Shown here in pieces: positions 53,272-62,013 of a DNA stretch of 64,000 nucleotides. Below the pieces are notes generated by a model. That model saw only the letters and a program-made list of their open reading frames with translations, did no database searches and was not told the origin of the DNA. The stretch comes from Acidobacteriota bacterium (lineage in GTDB: Bacteria; Acidobacteriota; DATKUA01; JAFGBY01), in contig JAFGBY010000030.1 of the NCBI GenBank assembly GCA_016932915.1, positions 9,671 to 73,670 of the forward strand, in the 5' to 3' direction. Made by a program: the position numbers and the translations under genes. Position 1 is the first letter of the stretch, and every line of letters begins with the position of its first letter.

Positions 53272-54609
53272 TTACCGGTCTTTCAGGTTTTCCTTGAAGT
53301 AGCTGACAAGTCCTGATATTGAAATCTCATCCTGGTCACCTTCAGGGAACTTCTTTATCTTTACCTTCCCCTCACTAATTTCCTCTTCGCCTAATATTAC
53401 AACGAAAGGTATACCGACCTTATCTGCATATTTAAGCTGTTTCCCCATCTTAACATTATCCGGATAAAGCTCGGCATTTATACCACCATTACGCAGTCGG
53501 GCAAGTAATTTGAAAGCTTCAAGATTCTCGTTGTTACCAAAGTTAGTTATCATAACACTCGTAGAATTCGGAGGAACTTGCACAAGATTAAATTCTTTAA
53601 CCGCTTCTATGATTCTCTCCAACCCAAGTGAGGTTCCAACTGCCGCAATATCATCCTTTAAGAACATTCCAACCAGCTTATCATATCTTCCTCCGCCTGT
53701 GATTGATCCAACCTTTGGCCTTGAAATTTCTGTTTCGAAAACCATTCCGGTGTAATAATCCAACCCACGGGCAAGAGATATATCAAACTGGTAGCGTTTC
53801 TCATAAATTCCTATTGCTTGCATGTAAGAATCGAGTGTGGACATTTCTTCAAGCGCTAAGACCGCTTCCTGGATACCGCCCAAGTCCTTTTTAAGAGAAT
53901 CGAGATAATCCCGATTCGAAGAAAACTTTCTCTCAATTAATTTGAAGATACTCTCAATATGTTCATTTGAGAAACCTGATTTCTTTAATTCTTCCTTAAC
54001 ACCATTGGGACCTATTTTATCGAGTTTATCAATTGACCTGCAGACCGGAATAAGCGCATCCTCTCCCAGTCCTGAAAAAATCAATATCGAGTTCAACAGG
54101 TTTCGATGATTAATCCTTATAACAAACTCGTCAAATCCCAGGTTAAGAAGAGAAGAATTAACTACAGACAGAATTTCAGCTTCCGCGGTAATTGATTGAG
54201 AACCAAGAATATCAACATCGCACTGATAAAACTCACGGAACCTCCCCTTCTGTGGTTTATCTGCGCGCCAAACCGGTTGAATTTGATATCTTTTAAATGG
54301 CTTTGGTAATTCCTGGTATTGCGCTACCACCCTTGCCAGAGGCACTGTAAGGTCATAACGGAGGGCAACATCACGCTCACCCTGATCCTTGAATTTGTAT
54401 ATCAACCTGTCGCCTTCTTCACCATATTTTCCGGCAAGAATATCAAGGTGCTCTAAAGCTGGAGTTTCCAGAGGGAGAAAACCATGAGCTTCAAAGACGG
54501 TTCTTATTCTCTTTATAACTTCATTTCTCAGAAGCATATCTTCAGGTAATATATCCCTGAAACCCTTAAGTAATCTAGGCTCAATTTTATTATTCGTCAT
54601 TTTCTCCAA
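53272..54609 (-). CDS. hisS: Histidyl-tRNA synthetase
   Basis: Class II motifs and the HisRS signature (LRYDLTVPLARVV; FKRYQIQPVWRADKPQKGRFREFYQCDVDI; GGGRYD). C-terminal anticodon-binding domain. Confidence 0.9.
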   Translation of the reverse strand: MEKMTNNKIEPRLLKGFRDILPEDMLLRNEVIKRIRTVFEAHGFLPLETPALEHLDILAGKYGEEGDRLIYKFKDQGERDVALRYDLTVPLARVVAQYQELPKPFKRYQIQPVWRADKPQKGRFREFYQCDVDILGSQSITAEAEILSVVNSSLLNLGFDEFVIRINHRNLLNSILIFSGLGEDALIPVCRSIDKLDKIGPNGVKEELKKSGFSNEHIESIFKLIERKFSSNRDYLDSLKKDLGGIQEAVLALEEMSTLDSYMQAIGIYEKRYQFDISLARGLDYYTGMVFETEISRPKVGSITGGGRYDKLVGMFLKDDIAAVGTSLGLERIIEAVKEFNLVQVPPNSTSVMITNFGNNENLEAFKLLARLRNGGINAELYPDNVKMGKQLKYADKVGIPFVVILGEEEISEGKVKIKKFPEGDQDEISISGLVSYFKENLKDR

Positions 54610-54825
54610 CTTCTCTCTTTTAGAGTTTCAACTCCGAGCATCTCAAACCAACCTGAAGGTATTTAACCGAAAAATCAGCTGATATCCTGATTAATCATCC
54701 TCCAGCATTTATATTCATTATCAAAGGTGAAAATATATCATATCCAGGGCATTTTGGGAATCATGCATTTTTGGAAAAAAGATTTTAATTTTCTACATTT
54801 GAAGATATTTAATCAAAAGTAATAT

Positions 54826-54853
54826 AAAAAAAACGCCCTTTTGCAAGGGCGTT
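54826..54853 (-). terminator. Rho-independent terminator after the 54877-56052 TPR gene (minus strand)
   Basis: aacgccctt-ttgc-aagggcgtt hairpin preceded on the forward strand by A8, which is a U-tract on the minus strand. Confidence 0.65.
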
Positions 54854-54876
54854 AAATATATTCAAGGAAGGGTACG

Positions 54877-56052
54877 CTATTTACCCTCAGCCTCTGCTAG
54901 TTTCTTACATTCAGGATGATTGGGCTGTTTATCGCAGTCAATTTCAATATCACCACGATCACGGTCCTTGATTCTCTCTATAATTCTGGCTTTTACAGCC
55001 AGCATCTTGGAATTTGAAGGACAACGTTTTTCAGCTCCAGTAATAGCTGTGAGTGCATTATCGAGATCAACACTCTTTTTTCCGCCGTGTACATACTTGT
55101 TTTCCCACGCTTCAGCATAATGAACAAGCGGCATACACTCTTTTAAAGGTGTATTCTCGACAGCGACTTTAAGATAACTTAAGGCATTCATGTACTTTTT
55201 ATCGTAGAGATATACTTCACCGAGTTTATCGTTACCACGCCAATCGCCTGGAAACATAACTGTATATCTCTGGAGTATCTTTATCGCATCATCCCAATTC
55301 TTCAGACCGATATTGGCATCAGCATCGAGTATCATACATTTCTTGTTTCTGAGGTCCAATTTAAGACATGCATCTGTATTCTTTGCGGCTTCTTTAAAGT
55401 CGCCGTCTTTAATCAGAACTTCAGCAAACATTGCATAAGTATTTGCATTCTTTGGAGCTTTCTTTAAAAGATCAATAGCATCTTTGTTTTTATTTCTTTT
55501 CATCAATGTTTTGATCAAAAGCTCAGCAATACCTGCATTGTTTTTATCTGTGTTGTATGCTCTTCTGAGATCTCTCTCTGCGGCACTCCAATCTTCAGTT
55601 TTGAAATATATCTTACCGCAAATACTGAATATTTTTGCCTGAAATTCAGGTTTCGAAGCTACACCTTTTGCCTGAACACAATATTTCTCGGCTTCTTTCC
55701 TGTCCGATTTATTTGCCCAGCTTGAATAATAAAGATGGGTAAACTCATATAAAACCGAAAAAGTTTCATCTTCACCGCTTGCCAGTTCAGCAGCTTCTTT
55801 TAAGCTGGAAACAGCATCGTCTTTTTGGTTCAGACCGCGATATGCTTTAGCTTCCAGATAAACAGGATAATACCATCCTGATTCCTTAGCCTGCAAATCT
55901 TGCGAACATTTAAGAGCTTCGTTATATTTCTGGTAATTCAGGAGTTTGACGCATTCTTTATAATCCTGCGCTAACAGATCTCCATTCGTAAACATAAATA
56001 GTACAAATGTCAGAACAAGCGCCATCGCTACTTTATTTCTCATTCTTTGCAT
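54877..56052 (-). CDS. Secreted TPR-repeat protein (last gene of the TonB-ExbBD operon)
   Basis: Signal peptide (MALVLTFVLFMFTNGDLLA). Multiple TPRs (WYYPVYLEAKAYRGLNQKDDAVSSLKEA...). Confidence 0.55.
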   Translation of the reverse strand: MQRMRNKVAMALVLTFVLFMFTNGDLLAQDYKECVKLLNYQKYNEALKCSQDLQAKESGWYYPVYLEAKAYRGLNQKDDAVSSLKEAAELASGEDETFSVLYEFTHLYYSSWANKSDRKEAEKYCVQAKGVASKPEFQAKIFSICGKIYFKTEDWSAAERDLRRAYNTDKNNAGIAELLIKTLMKRNKNKDAIDLLKKAPKNANTYAMFAEVLIKDGDFKEAAKNTDACLKLDLRNKKCMILDADANIGLKNWDDAIKILQRYTVMFPGDWRGNDKLGEVYLYDKKYMNALSYLKVAVENTPLKECMPLVHYAEAWENKYVHGGKKSVDLDNALTAITGAEKRCPSNSKMLAVKARIIERIKDRDRGDIEIDCDKQPNHPECKKLAEAEGK

Positions 56053-56078
56053 CCCTGCACCTCTCTGTCGTTCTTATT

Positions 56079-56762
56079 CTAGTTTAATATGAAGTTTACT
56101 GTTACCGTACCATATATTTCGACTTTTCTACCGCCGACTGTGGCAGGATAGCATTTCCAGTTTTTAACTGCTTCAATCGCGGCATCATCAAATCCAAATT
56201 GTTTACCAGGAGATGAAAGAACTTTTGCATCTCTGATTCTACCGTTTGTATCCCATACAACTTGCAGGATAACGACGCCTTTAATTCTGGCTTTTCTAGC
56301 AAGGTCAGGATAGTAAGGCAGTGGTTTTTCATAACATTCTGGTTTTTTGACATTTATACCATCAGCAAAGATGGGTCCGCGTCCATCGGGCTCAAAAATC
56401 CAACCTTGTTCATCAGTGGCGTCTTCTTCCGTATCTTCCCAGGCATATTCCTGAGTTACTTCGGGCACATCCGGATCAGGGTCAGGAATTACAGCAGAGG
56501 TCATTTTAACTTTAACTACACGTTTTTTCGGTTGCTGCTTTGGTGGTTTCGGAGGGGTAATCTCTTTGAAGACCAAGTCTTCAACATTCCCCTGTGAACC
56601 AATTACGTCCTTACCTGATGGGAAAACTACCCAGAGCATAATAAGAAAGAAGAGCATTGAGCCGAGCAATGATTTTTTCAGCAGTGTATTATCGTAATGA
56701 ATACCAGTCATATACTTTAAACTGCTATGATCATCATGCATCATGTTGTCTTGATCGCTCAT
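56079..56762 (-). CDS. tonB: TonB-family energy transducer
   Basis: N-terminal TM anchor, a Pro/Lys-rich spacer (TPPKPPKQQPKKRV), and a TonB C-terminal domain (YPDLARKARIKGVVILQVVWDTNGRIRDAKVLSSPGKQFGFDDAAIEAVKNWKCYPA). Confidence 0.75.
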   Translation of the reverse strand: MSDQDNMMHDDHSSLKYMTGIHYDNTLLKKSLLGSMLFFLIMLWVVFPSGKDVIGSQGNVEDLVFKEITPPKPPKQQPKKRVVKVKMTSAVIPDPDPDVPEVTQEYAWEDTEEDATDEQGWIFEPDGRGPIFADGINVKKPECYEKPLPYYPDLARKARIKGVVILQVVWDTNGRIRDAKVLSSPGKQFGFDDAAIEAVKNWKCYPATVGGRKVEIYGTVTVNFILN

Positions 56763-56819
56763 TTAATTCCTCCTCGTTCCCTCTCTATATCTTTTAGACA
56801 ACTAATTTCAAATTCAGTT

Positions 56820-57305
56820 TCATTCCGGCCTGAAAGCATCAGCTTCGGCCAAAGAGGGAATGGTTATTTTAATTTTCTTCTGCTCTTTTGGTAATTTACC
56901 CTTATTGAAATCACCCCACATCCTATCTTCAACTTGTTTGACTTTATCCAGAACCTGCACCATTTTTTCATATGATTGATTTTCGCTACAATGAATGATA
57001 ACCGGTTTATTCGGGTTAATTTCTAGCTTATTTTTAACATATTCAAAAATGCTGTTGATGGTTGCCGGATTGTTATCCATCTCAAGGTTGCCGTTTTGGT
57101 TGATATAAAGATATATCGCGGGATTCTTTTTATCTGGTGGAGTTTCATCATCTGATTGTTCAGGTACTTTGAAGAAGATACCACGATTGATCGCAATAAC
57201 GGTCGTTAACATGAAAAACACTAGAAGAAGAAATGCGATATCCGCAAAAGACCCTGTCGGTATTTCCGGATTGGATATGTTTCTTTGTTTTAACTTTCTA
57301 GCCAT
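56820..57305 (-). CDS. exbD: ExbD/TolR-family biopolymer transport protein
   Basis: N-terminal TM (FADIAFLLLVFFMLTTVIAI) plus a periplasmic domain. 161 aa. Confidence 0.75.
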   Translation of the reverse strand: MARKLKQRNISNPEIPTGSFADIAFLLLVFFMLTTVIAINRGIFFKVPEQSDDETPPDKKNPAIYLYINQNGNLEMDNNPATINSIFEYVKNKLEINPNKPVIIHCSENQSYEKMVQVLDKVKQVEDRMWGDFNKGKLPKEQKKIKITIPSLAEADAFRPE

Positions 57306-57322
57306 CGAATTCCTTCTCCCCC

Positions 57323-57778
57323 CTATGTTCCACTCTTAGCATCGGATAAGAATACAATATTCTTAACTGCATTGGTGCTTTTAATAGCATTCAGGATTTG
57401 GTCAACATATCGATAAGGAATATCCCTGTCTATTTTCATGATGAAGAGCTTATTAGGCGATGCATTTATCTGTGTGAAAATCCACCCTTCAAGACGATCT
57501 ACCGGAAACGGTATATCCTTCTGAAGCGGTTGGCTCATAATTTTGCCATCGGTGACTCTAAGTTCAACGACGCCTTCACCTTTTCTATGAGCAATAATCC
57601 AAGCTGCATCTTTATCTTCAATCTGAAATCGTAATTCCGCCCTTGGCAGGTTAACCATTGAGCGGTCAACAGGGAAAGTTGAGGTAACCATGAAGAAGAC
57701 AAGCAGTAAGAATGCTATGTCAGCCATTGGCGCTGTGGGAACATATGATTCAATTCGAGCGCCTTTGCGTAATTTCAT
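57323..57778 (-). CDS. exbD: ExbD/TolR-family biopolymer transport protein (second copy)
   Basis: MADIAFLLLVFFMVTSTFPV TM. 151 aa. Confidence 0.75.
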   Translation of the reverse strand: MKLRKGARIESYVPTAPMADIAFLLLVFFMVTSTFPVDRSMVNLPRAELRFQIEDKDAAWIIAHRKGEGVVELRVTDGKIMSQPLQKDIPFPVDRLEGWIFTQINASPNKLFIMKIDRDIPYRYVDQILNAIKSTNAVKNIVFLSDAKSGT

Positions 57779-57791
57779 AGATTAACCTCTC

Positions 57792-58430
57792 TTATCTCTT
57801 TTTTCCCATCTCAGTAAAAGTCTCTATAAGAATGGTGGAACCGGTTTCGATCTCAAGAACGAATCTGGAAATCTTCGCTGTGAACCAGTTATAAGCAACC
57901 AGTGTGGGAACAGCGATAGCCAAACCCGATGCAGTTGTGATCAGCGCTTCTGAAATACCTTTCGCAACTGCGCCTGGATCACTAAGACCCTGCTGCTGCA
58001 AAGTTTTAAATGAAGCGATCATACCGGTAACAGTACCAAGGAATCCCATAAGAGGAGCAATATTTGAAACGGTTGCGAGAACAGCAAGACCTCTCTCTAA
58101 ACGAGCGAGTTCATGAGTAGAAGCAATTTCCATTGATCTTTCAATTTCTTCTTCTGTTTCGCCGTAACGGCTTAAACCGGCTTTCAAAATATTTGCAATA
58201 GGGCCACCATATTCTTCACATACCGCGATAGCTTCTTTTACACTTTTCTTCTTTAAAAGAGCAGCACGAATATTTGTCAGAAACTCTTCAGTATTTATTT
58301 TAGCCTTTGCAAGTGCAATCCATCTTTCAATAACAAAAGCAATACCTGTAATCGCAGTAAGGAGAAGCGGCCACATCATAAATCCGCCGTCCTTAAAGAA
58401 CTGCAACAAAGAACCTGCAACTAATGACAT
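57792..58430 (-). CDS. exbB: MotA/TolQ/ExbB proton-channel protein
   Basis: Three TM helices with the conserved ...GTVTGMIASFKTLQQQG...ALITTASGLAIAVPTLVAYNWF region. SD AGGAGG upstream. Confidence 0.8.
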   Translation of the reverse strand: MSLVAGSLLQFFKDGGFMMWPLLLTAITGIAFVIERWIALAKAKINTEEFLTNIRAALLKKKSVKEAIAVCEEYGGPIANILKAGLSRYGETEEEIERSMEIASTHELARLERGLAVLATVSNIAPLMGFLGTVTGMIASFKTLQQQGLSDPGAVAKGISEALITTASGLAIAVPTLVAYNWFTAKISRFVLEIETGSTILIETFTEMGKKR

Positions 58431-58559
58431 CGTTAGCGTAACCTCCTGGTTAATTTTATTTTAGTTCGGTGCATTTACTACGCCAAATTCTATAGCCTAC
58501 TGCCGGTGCGTAACTACGGTGCTACATCCCTGGCAGAGCACCTTCTTTCAAACCCGCAG

Positions 58560-58589
58560 ATTTTATCACGAGGGTTTTTTAGATGTCAA
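58560..58589 (-). promoter_or_regulatory. Sigma70-type promoter for the exbB operon (TTGACA - 18 nt - TAAAAT), giving a ~130-nt structured leader
   Basis: Minus-strand reading ccTTGACAtctaaaaaaccctcgtgaTAAAATctgcggg. Confidence 0.45.
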
Positions 58590-58708
58590 GGAAATCAACA
58601 CAATTAAAAACGAAGATACGAATGTTAGATATTGGATAATACGAATGTATTTTTTCCGTTCAGACCATAAAAACAACGAATTTTCTAAATCTTGATAGCA
58701 AAAAATGC

Positions 58709-59656
58709 CTAACTAAATTTCATCACTTTAGCAATACCTTCTGCGACCTTAAGAGCTCTGTAGGCTTCTATTCCGTTAACACCTATATTATCTTCTCCGC
58801 GTATCGCTGCAATAAAATTTGAGAGTTCAAACTGAAGTTGATCCAGCTCGGTAATATCAGGATTGTTAATTTGTATTTGTTTCTTTCCATCAGTGATAAT
58901 CGTTTTAGCCTGGTATGAAGAACGGTTGAGAAAATCCACGGAAGTATACTGATTCTTCTCGTAAACTCTCAGCTTCCTGCATTTACTCTCAGTCACCCTG
59001 CTGGCTGTTAGATTAGCCACTGTACCATTTTCAAATTCAAGCCGAACCTGGGCAATATCTGCTACTTCAGTCAATACTTTCATCCCGATTGCTTTAATAT
59101 CCAAAACCTCAGAATCAACAAGGCTCAGTACAATATCCAGATCATGAATCATCATATCAAAGACGACATCAGCATCTTTAATCCTCGCAGGAAATGGGCT
59201 AACTCTGTTAGTTTCCAGATAAATCGGCTCCTTGATAGACTCTCTTACTGAAAGGAAAGCCGGATTAAATCTTTCGACATGACCAACATGAAGAACCAAG
59301 CCTTTGCTTTCAGCAGTTTGGATAAGCTTCAACGCATCATTTGATTTATCTGTAATCGGCTTTTCTACAAATACATTTATATTCTTATCAAGAAAATATT
59401 GCGCCGTCTCTGCATGCAAACCTGTTGGCGTTACAATTACAACGCCATCAATTTCATCATTAATCGCCTCGATAGAGCTATAGAAACTAACGCCGTGTTT
59501 CCCTGATATCTCATTCCCGCGTGCAGCATCAGAATCTACTACTGCAGAGAGTTCAGCATCTTCAATACCATTTATAATCCTTGCATGGTGTTGGCCAAAG
59601 GAACCCACACCAATAATTGCAATTCTTACCTTATTTATTTCCAGCATATTCTTCAT
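58709..59656 (-). CDS. Gfo/Idh/MocA-family NAD(P)-dependent oxidoreductase (possible GnnA-like UDP-GlcNAc 3-dehydrogenase given the lipid A context)
   Basis: N-terminal Rossmann VRIAIIGVGSFGQHHARII. Gfo/Idh/MocA C-terminal alpha/beta domain. Adjacent to lpxI-fabZ-lpxD. Confidence 0.7.
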   Translation of the reverse strand: MKNMLEINKVRIAIIGVGSFGQHHARIINGIEDAELSAVVDSDAARGNEISGKHGVSFYSSIEAINDEIDGVVIVTPTGLHAETAQYFLDKNINVFVEKPITDKSNDALKLIQTAESKGLVLHVGHVERFNPAFLSVRESIKEPIYLETNRVSPFPARIKDADVVFDMMIHDLDIVLSLVDSEVLDIKAIGMKVLTEVADIAQVRLEFENGTVANLTASRVTESKCRKLRVYEKNQYTSVDFLNRSSYQAKTIITDGKKQIQINNPDITELDQLQFELSNFIAAIRGEDNIGVNGIEAYRALKVAEGIAKVMKFS

Positions 59657-60473
59657 TAATACCTATAAATACAATATTATTTATATCCGCTAGTTCTTTA
59701 CTTTTCTCAATATCAATAATAATTGTTTTACCCGCTTCAACAGCAAGCGCGGCTGCCTTGACTGCTGCCAGGTTCTCAATAGTTGATGGCCCAATCACAG
59801 GAACATCAAAACGTGGATCCTGGTTTGGTTTCGCAACCTTAACCAGAACTGCCATAGAAGGACATAAATCCTTAGAGCGTTTTATTAATTCATCGGTTCC
59901 TTCAATTGCCTCAACACCTACTACTGCTCTCTCGCGAACCATAACGGACTGCCCGATGTCATGTTTACCGATGGCTTTAGCAAGCTCCCATCCGAATAAA
60001 ATCTCTTTCCGTATCAGTTCATCAGGCTGTGTTTTACCGATCAACCCAAGAGGTGCCATTTTATCTTTAAGAAACAGTGTTGAATCAAGAAAGCGGATTC
60101 CATTATCTTCGAAAAGCTGCACAAACGCGCTCAGCAATGAATCCGCCCGGCGGTCTTTGAGGGTGAGATAGACTTTTTCAATATTTTTATCAAAGTTAAT
60201 ATTTCTGAAAATTCTTCGGTGGTCAACCCGCCCCACCATCAAACAGCGGTCCACATTGCTGTTTTTAAAAATCTCGATCGCCTTCCCAATATTGCCAATT
60301 TCAAGCCAGTAAAAATCTTTTGCGAGATCTTCCAGTGAAGCATCAGTCTCTTCTAAAATTGCAATTACGACCGGGTTTTCTCCGTGCTGTAACGCCTCAG
60401 AGAGGACGAACTGTGGGAGGTCTGTACCTCCACAAATTAAACCCAGCCTTCCACCTGAAGGAGACGAACTCAT
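59631..60473 (-). CDS. lpxI: LpxI-family (DUF1009) UDP-2,3-diacylglucosamine hydrolase
   Basis: LGLICGGTDLPQFVLSEA N-terminus and the overall ~280-aa DUF1009 pattern. Lies in the lipid A gene cluster. The call is from memory of the family signature. Confidence 0.6.
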   Translation of the reverse strand: MSSSPSGGRLGLICGGTDLPQFVLSEALQHGENPVVIAILEETDASLEDLAKDFYWLEIGNIGKAIEIFKNSNVDRCLMVGRVDHRRIFRNINFDKNIEKVYLTLKDRRADSLLSAFVQLFEDNGIRFLDSTLFLKDKMAPLGLIGKTQPDELIRKEILFGWELAKAIGKHDIGQSVMVRERAVVGVEAIEGTDELIKRSKDLCPSMAVLVKVAKPNQDPRFDVPVIGPSTIENLAAVKAAALAVEAGKTIIIDIEKSKELADINNIVFIGINEEYAGNK

Positions 60474-60919
60474 TTGGTTTCCTTATCTGCAACAACACAT
60501 GTTTGAATCGCTTCTACTGCCAGCTTGTCACCGACATAACCTTTACTCTGAATTTTCCCGATTTTTCCGGAAAAACGAATAACTTCTATTTCCATCCGAA
60601 ACACATCACCCGGCCTCACAGGATTACGGAATTTGATACTATCCATCGCTGCAAAAAGTATCAGTTTGTCCTTCGGATTTTCTACAGTATCAAAAACCAG
60701 AACTCCCCCTACCTGAGCCATCGCTTCGAGCATCATAACCCCGGGCATAATTGGATTCTCCGGAAAATGACCCTGAAAATAAGGCTCATTCATAGTAACG
60801 TTTTTATAACCGGTCGCACTTTTTCCATGTTCAATTATTTCTACCCTGTCAACCATTAGAAATGGATATCTATGAGGTAGTAATTCCATTATTCCATCGA
60901 TATTTATAACTGTACCCAT
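60470..60919 (-). CDS. fabZ: 3-hydroxyacyl-ACP dehydratase
   Basis: LPHRYPFLMVDRV...YFQGHFPENPIMPGVMMLEAMAQ hotdog-fold signature. Confidence 0.9.
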   Translation of the reverse strand: MGTVINIDGIMELLPHRYPFLMVDRVEIIEHGKSATGYKNVTMNEPYFQGHFPENPIMPGVMMLEAMAQVGGVLVFDTVENPKDKLILFAAMDSIKFRNPVRPGDVFRMEIEVIRFSGKIGKIQSKGYVGDKLAVEAIQTCVVADKETK

Positions 60920-60951
60920 AGTTTTCTCCAGATTATTTTTTTTGACACCTT

Positions 60952-62013
60952 CTACTTGGATCCTTCCCCCGAACCCTTAATAGAAGATAACTCTTTTTCT
61001 AATTGCGCAACTCTCTTCACTAATTCCGGCAATTTCTGTTGAGCTGTTGTCATGCGAAGCCAGGTTCTATGATCAACAGCTGGATATCCCGTAAACACCT
61101 GTCCATCAGGTACATCTTTGATTACAAGTGTTTGAGAACCAATAATTGCATTATCCCCAATTTTTAGATGATCCATAACAGCCGAGTTTCCGGCAATTGT
61201 TACATTCTCACCAAGGACGGTGCTACCGGCAACACCGGACATAGCAATTATAAGGCAATGATCACCTATCTGACAATTATGAGCAATGTGTACAAGGTTA
61301 TCTGTTTTTACATTATTACCGATAACGGTTTCTCCAAAAGTAGCCCTGTCGATAGTGTTATTTGCACCAAACTCGCAATCATCTCCTATCCGGACACGGC
61401 CAACTTGTGGCACCTTGTAATTATGATTCCTGTCTTTGACAAATCCATAACCATCAGACCCGATAACCGTTCCGGAATGAATAATACACTCCTTTCCAAT
61501 TATTGTGTCGTTGTTTATAGAACAACCGGCATGTATAGTCGTTCCATCACCGATTTTAACTTCAGAACCTATATGTGTATTGGGATAAATAATTACATTT
61601 TTCCCGATAACACTATTTTTCCCAATATATACAAAAGGATAAATTACAGCTGTTGAATCCACATTTGCCGATTGCTCGATGAAAGCCTGCTTACTGACAC
61701 CTTCACGTTCTGGTTGCTTATCAAGCAGGTAGCAGTGAATCCTTGCCATGGCAAGTTTTGGATTATCGGTCAGGAGCAGATTTCGGTTTTCCAACCTTTT
61801 ATCAATCCATTCAGGTCGTAGTACTAAAGCTCCTGCTTTGGAATTCACAGCTATATCTATACCCTTCTCGCTGAATAAAAAGGCAATTTCAGAAGAACCT
61901 GCAGCGCGTATATCATTCACTCCGCTGATCTTCGTAGATGGATTCCCTTTTAAATCCAGATTGAAGGATTTCGACAGTTCGTGTAATTCGACTTCCTTAT
62001 AGACTGGTGACAT
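60952..62013 (-). CDS. lpxD: UDP-3-O-acylglucosamine N-acyltransferase
   Basis: Left-handed beta-helix hexapeptide repeats (IGDNAIIGSQTLVIKD...; IGDHCLIIAMSGVAGS...). LpxD-like N-terminal domain. Located between bamA and fabZ. Confidence 0.85.
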   Translation of the reverse strand: MSPVYKEVELHELSKSFNLDLKGNPSTKISGVNDIRAAGSSEIAFLFSEKGIDIAVNSKAGALVLRPEWIDKRLENRNLLLTDNPKLAMARIHCYLLDKQPEREGVSKQAFIEQSANVDSTAVIYPFVYIGKNSVIGKNVIIYPNTHIGSEVKIGDGTTIHAGCSINNDTIIGKECIIHSGTVIGSDGYGFVKDRNHNYKVPQVGRVRIGDDCEFGANNTIDRATFGETVIGNNVKTDNLVHIAHNCQIGDHCLIIAMSGVAGSTVLGENVTIAGNSAVMDHLKIGDNAIIGSQTLVIKDVPDGQVFTGYPAVDHRTWLRMTTAQQKLPELVKRVAQLEKELSSIKGSGEGSK

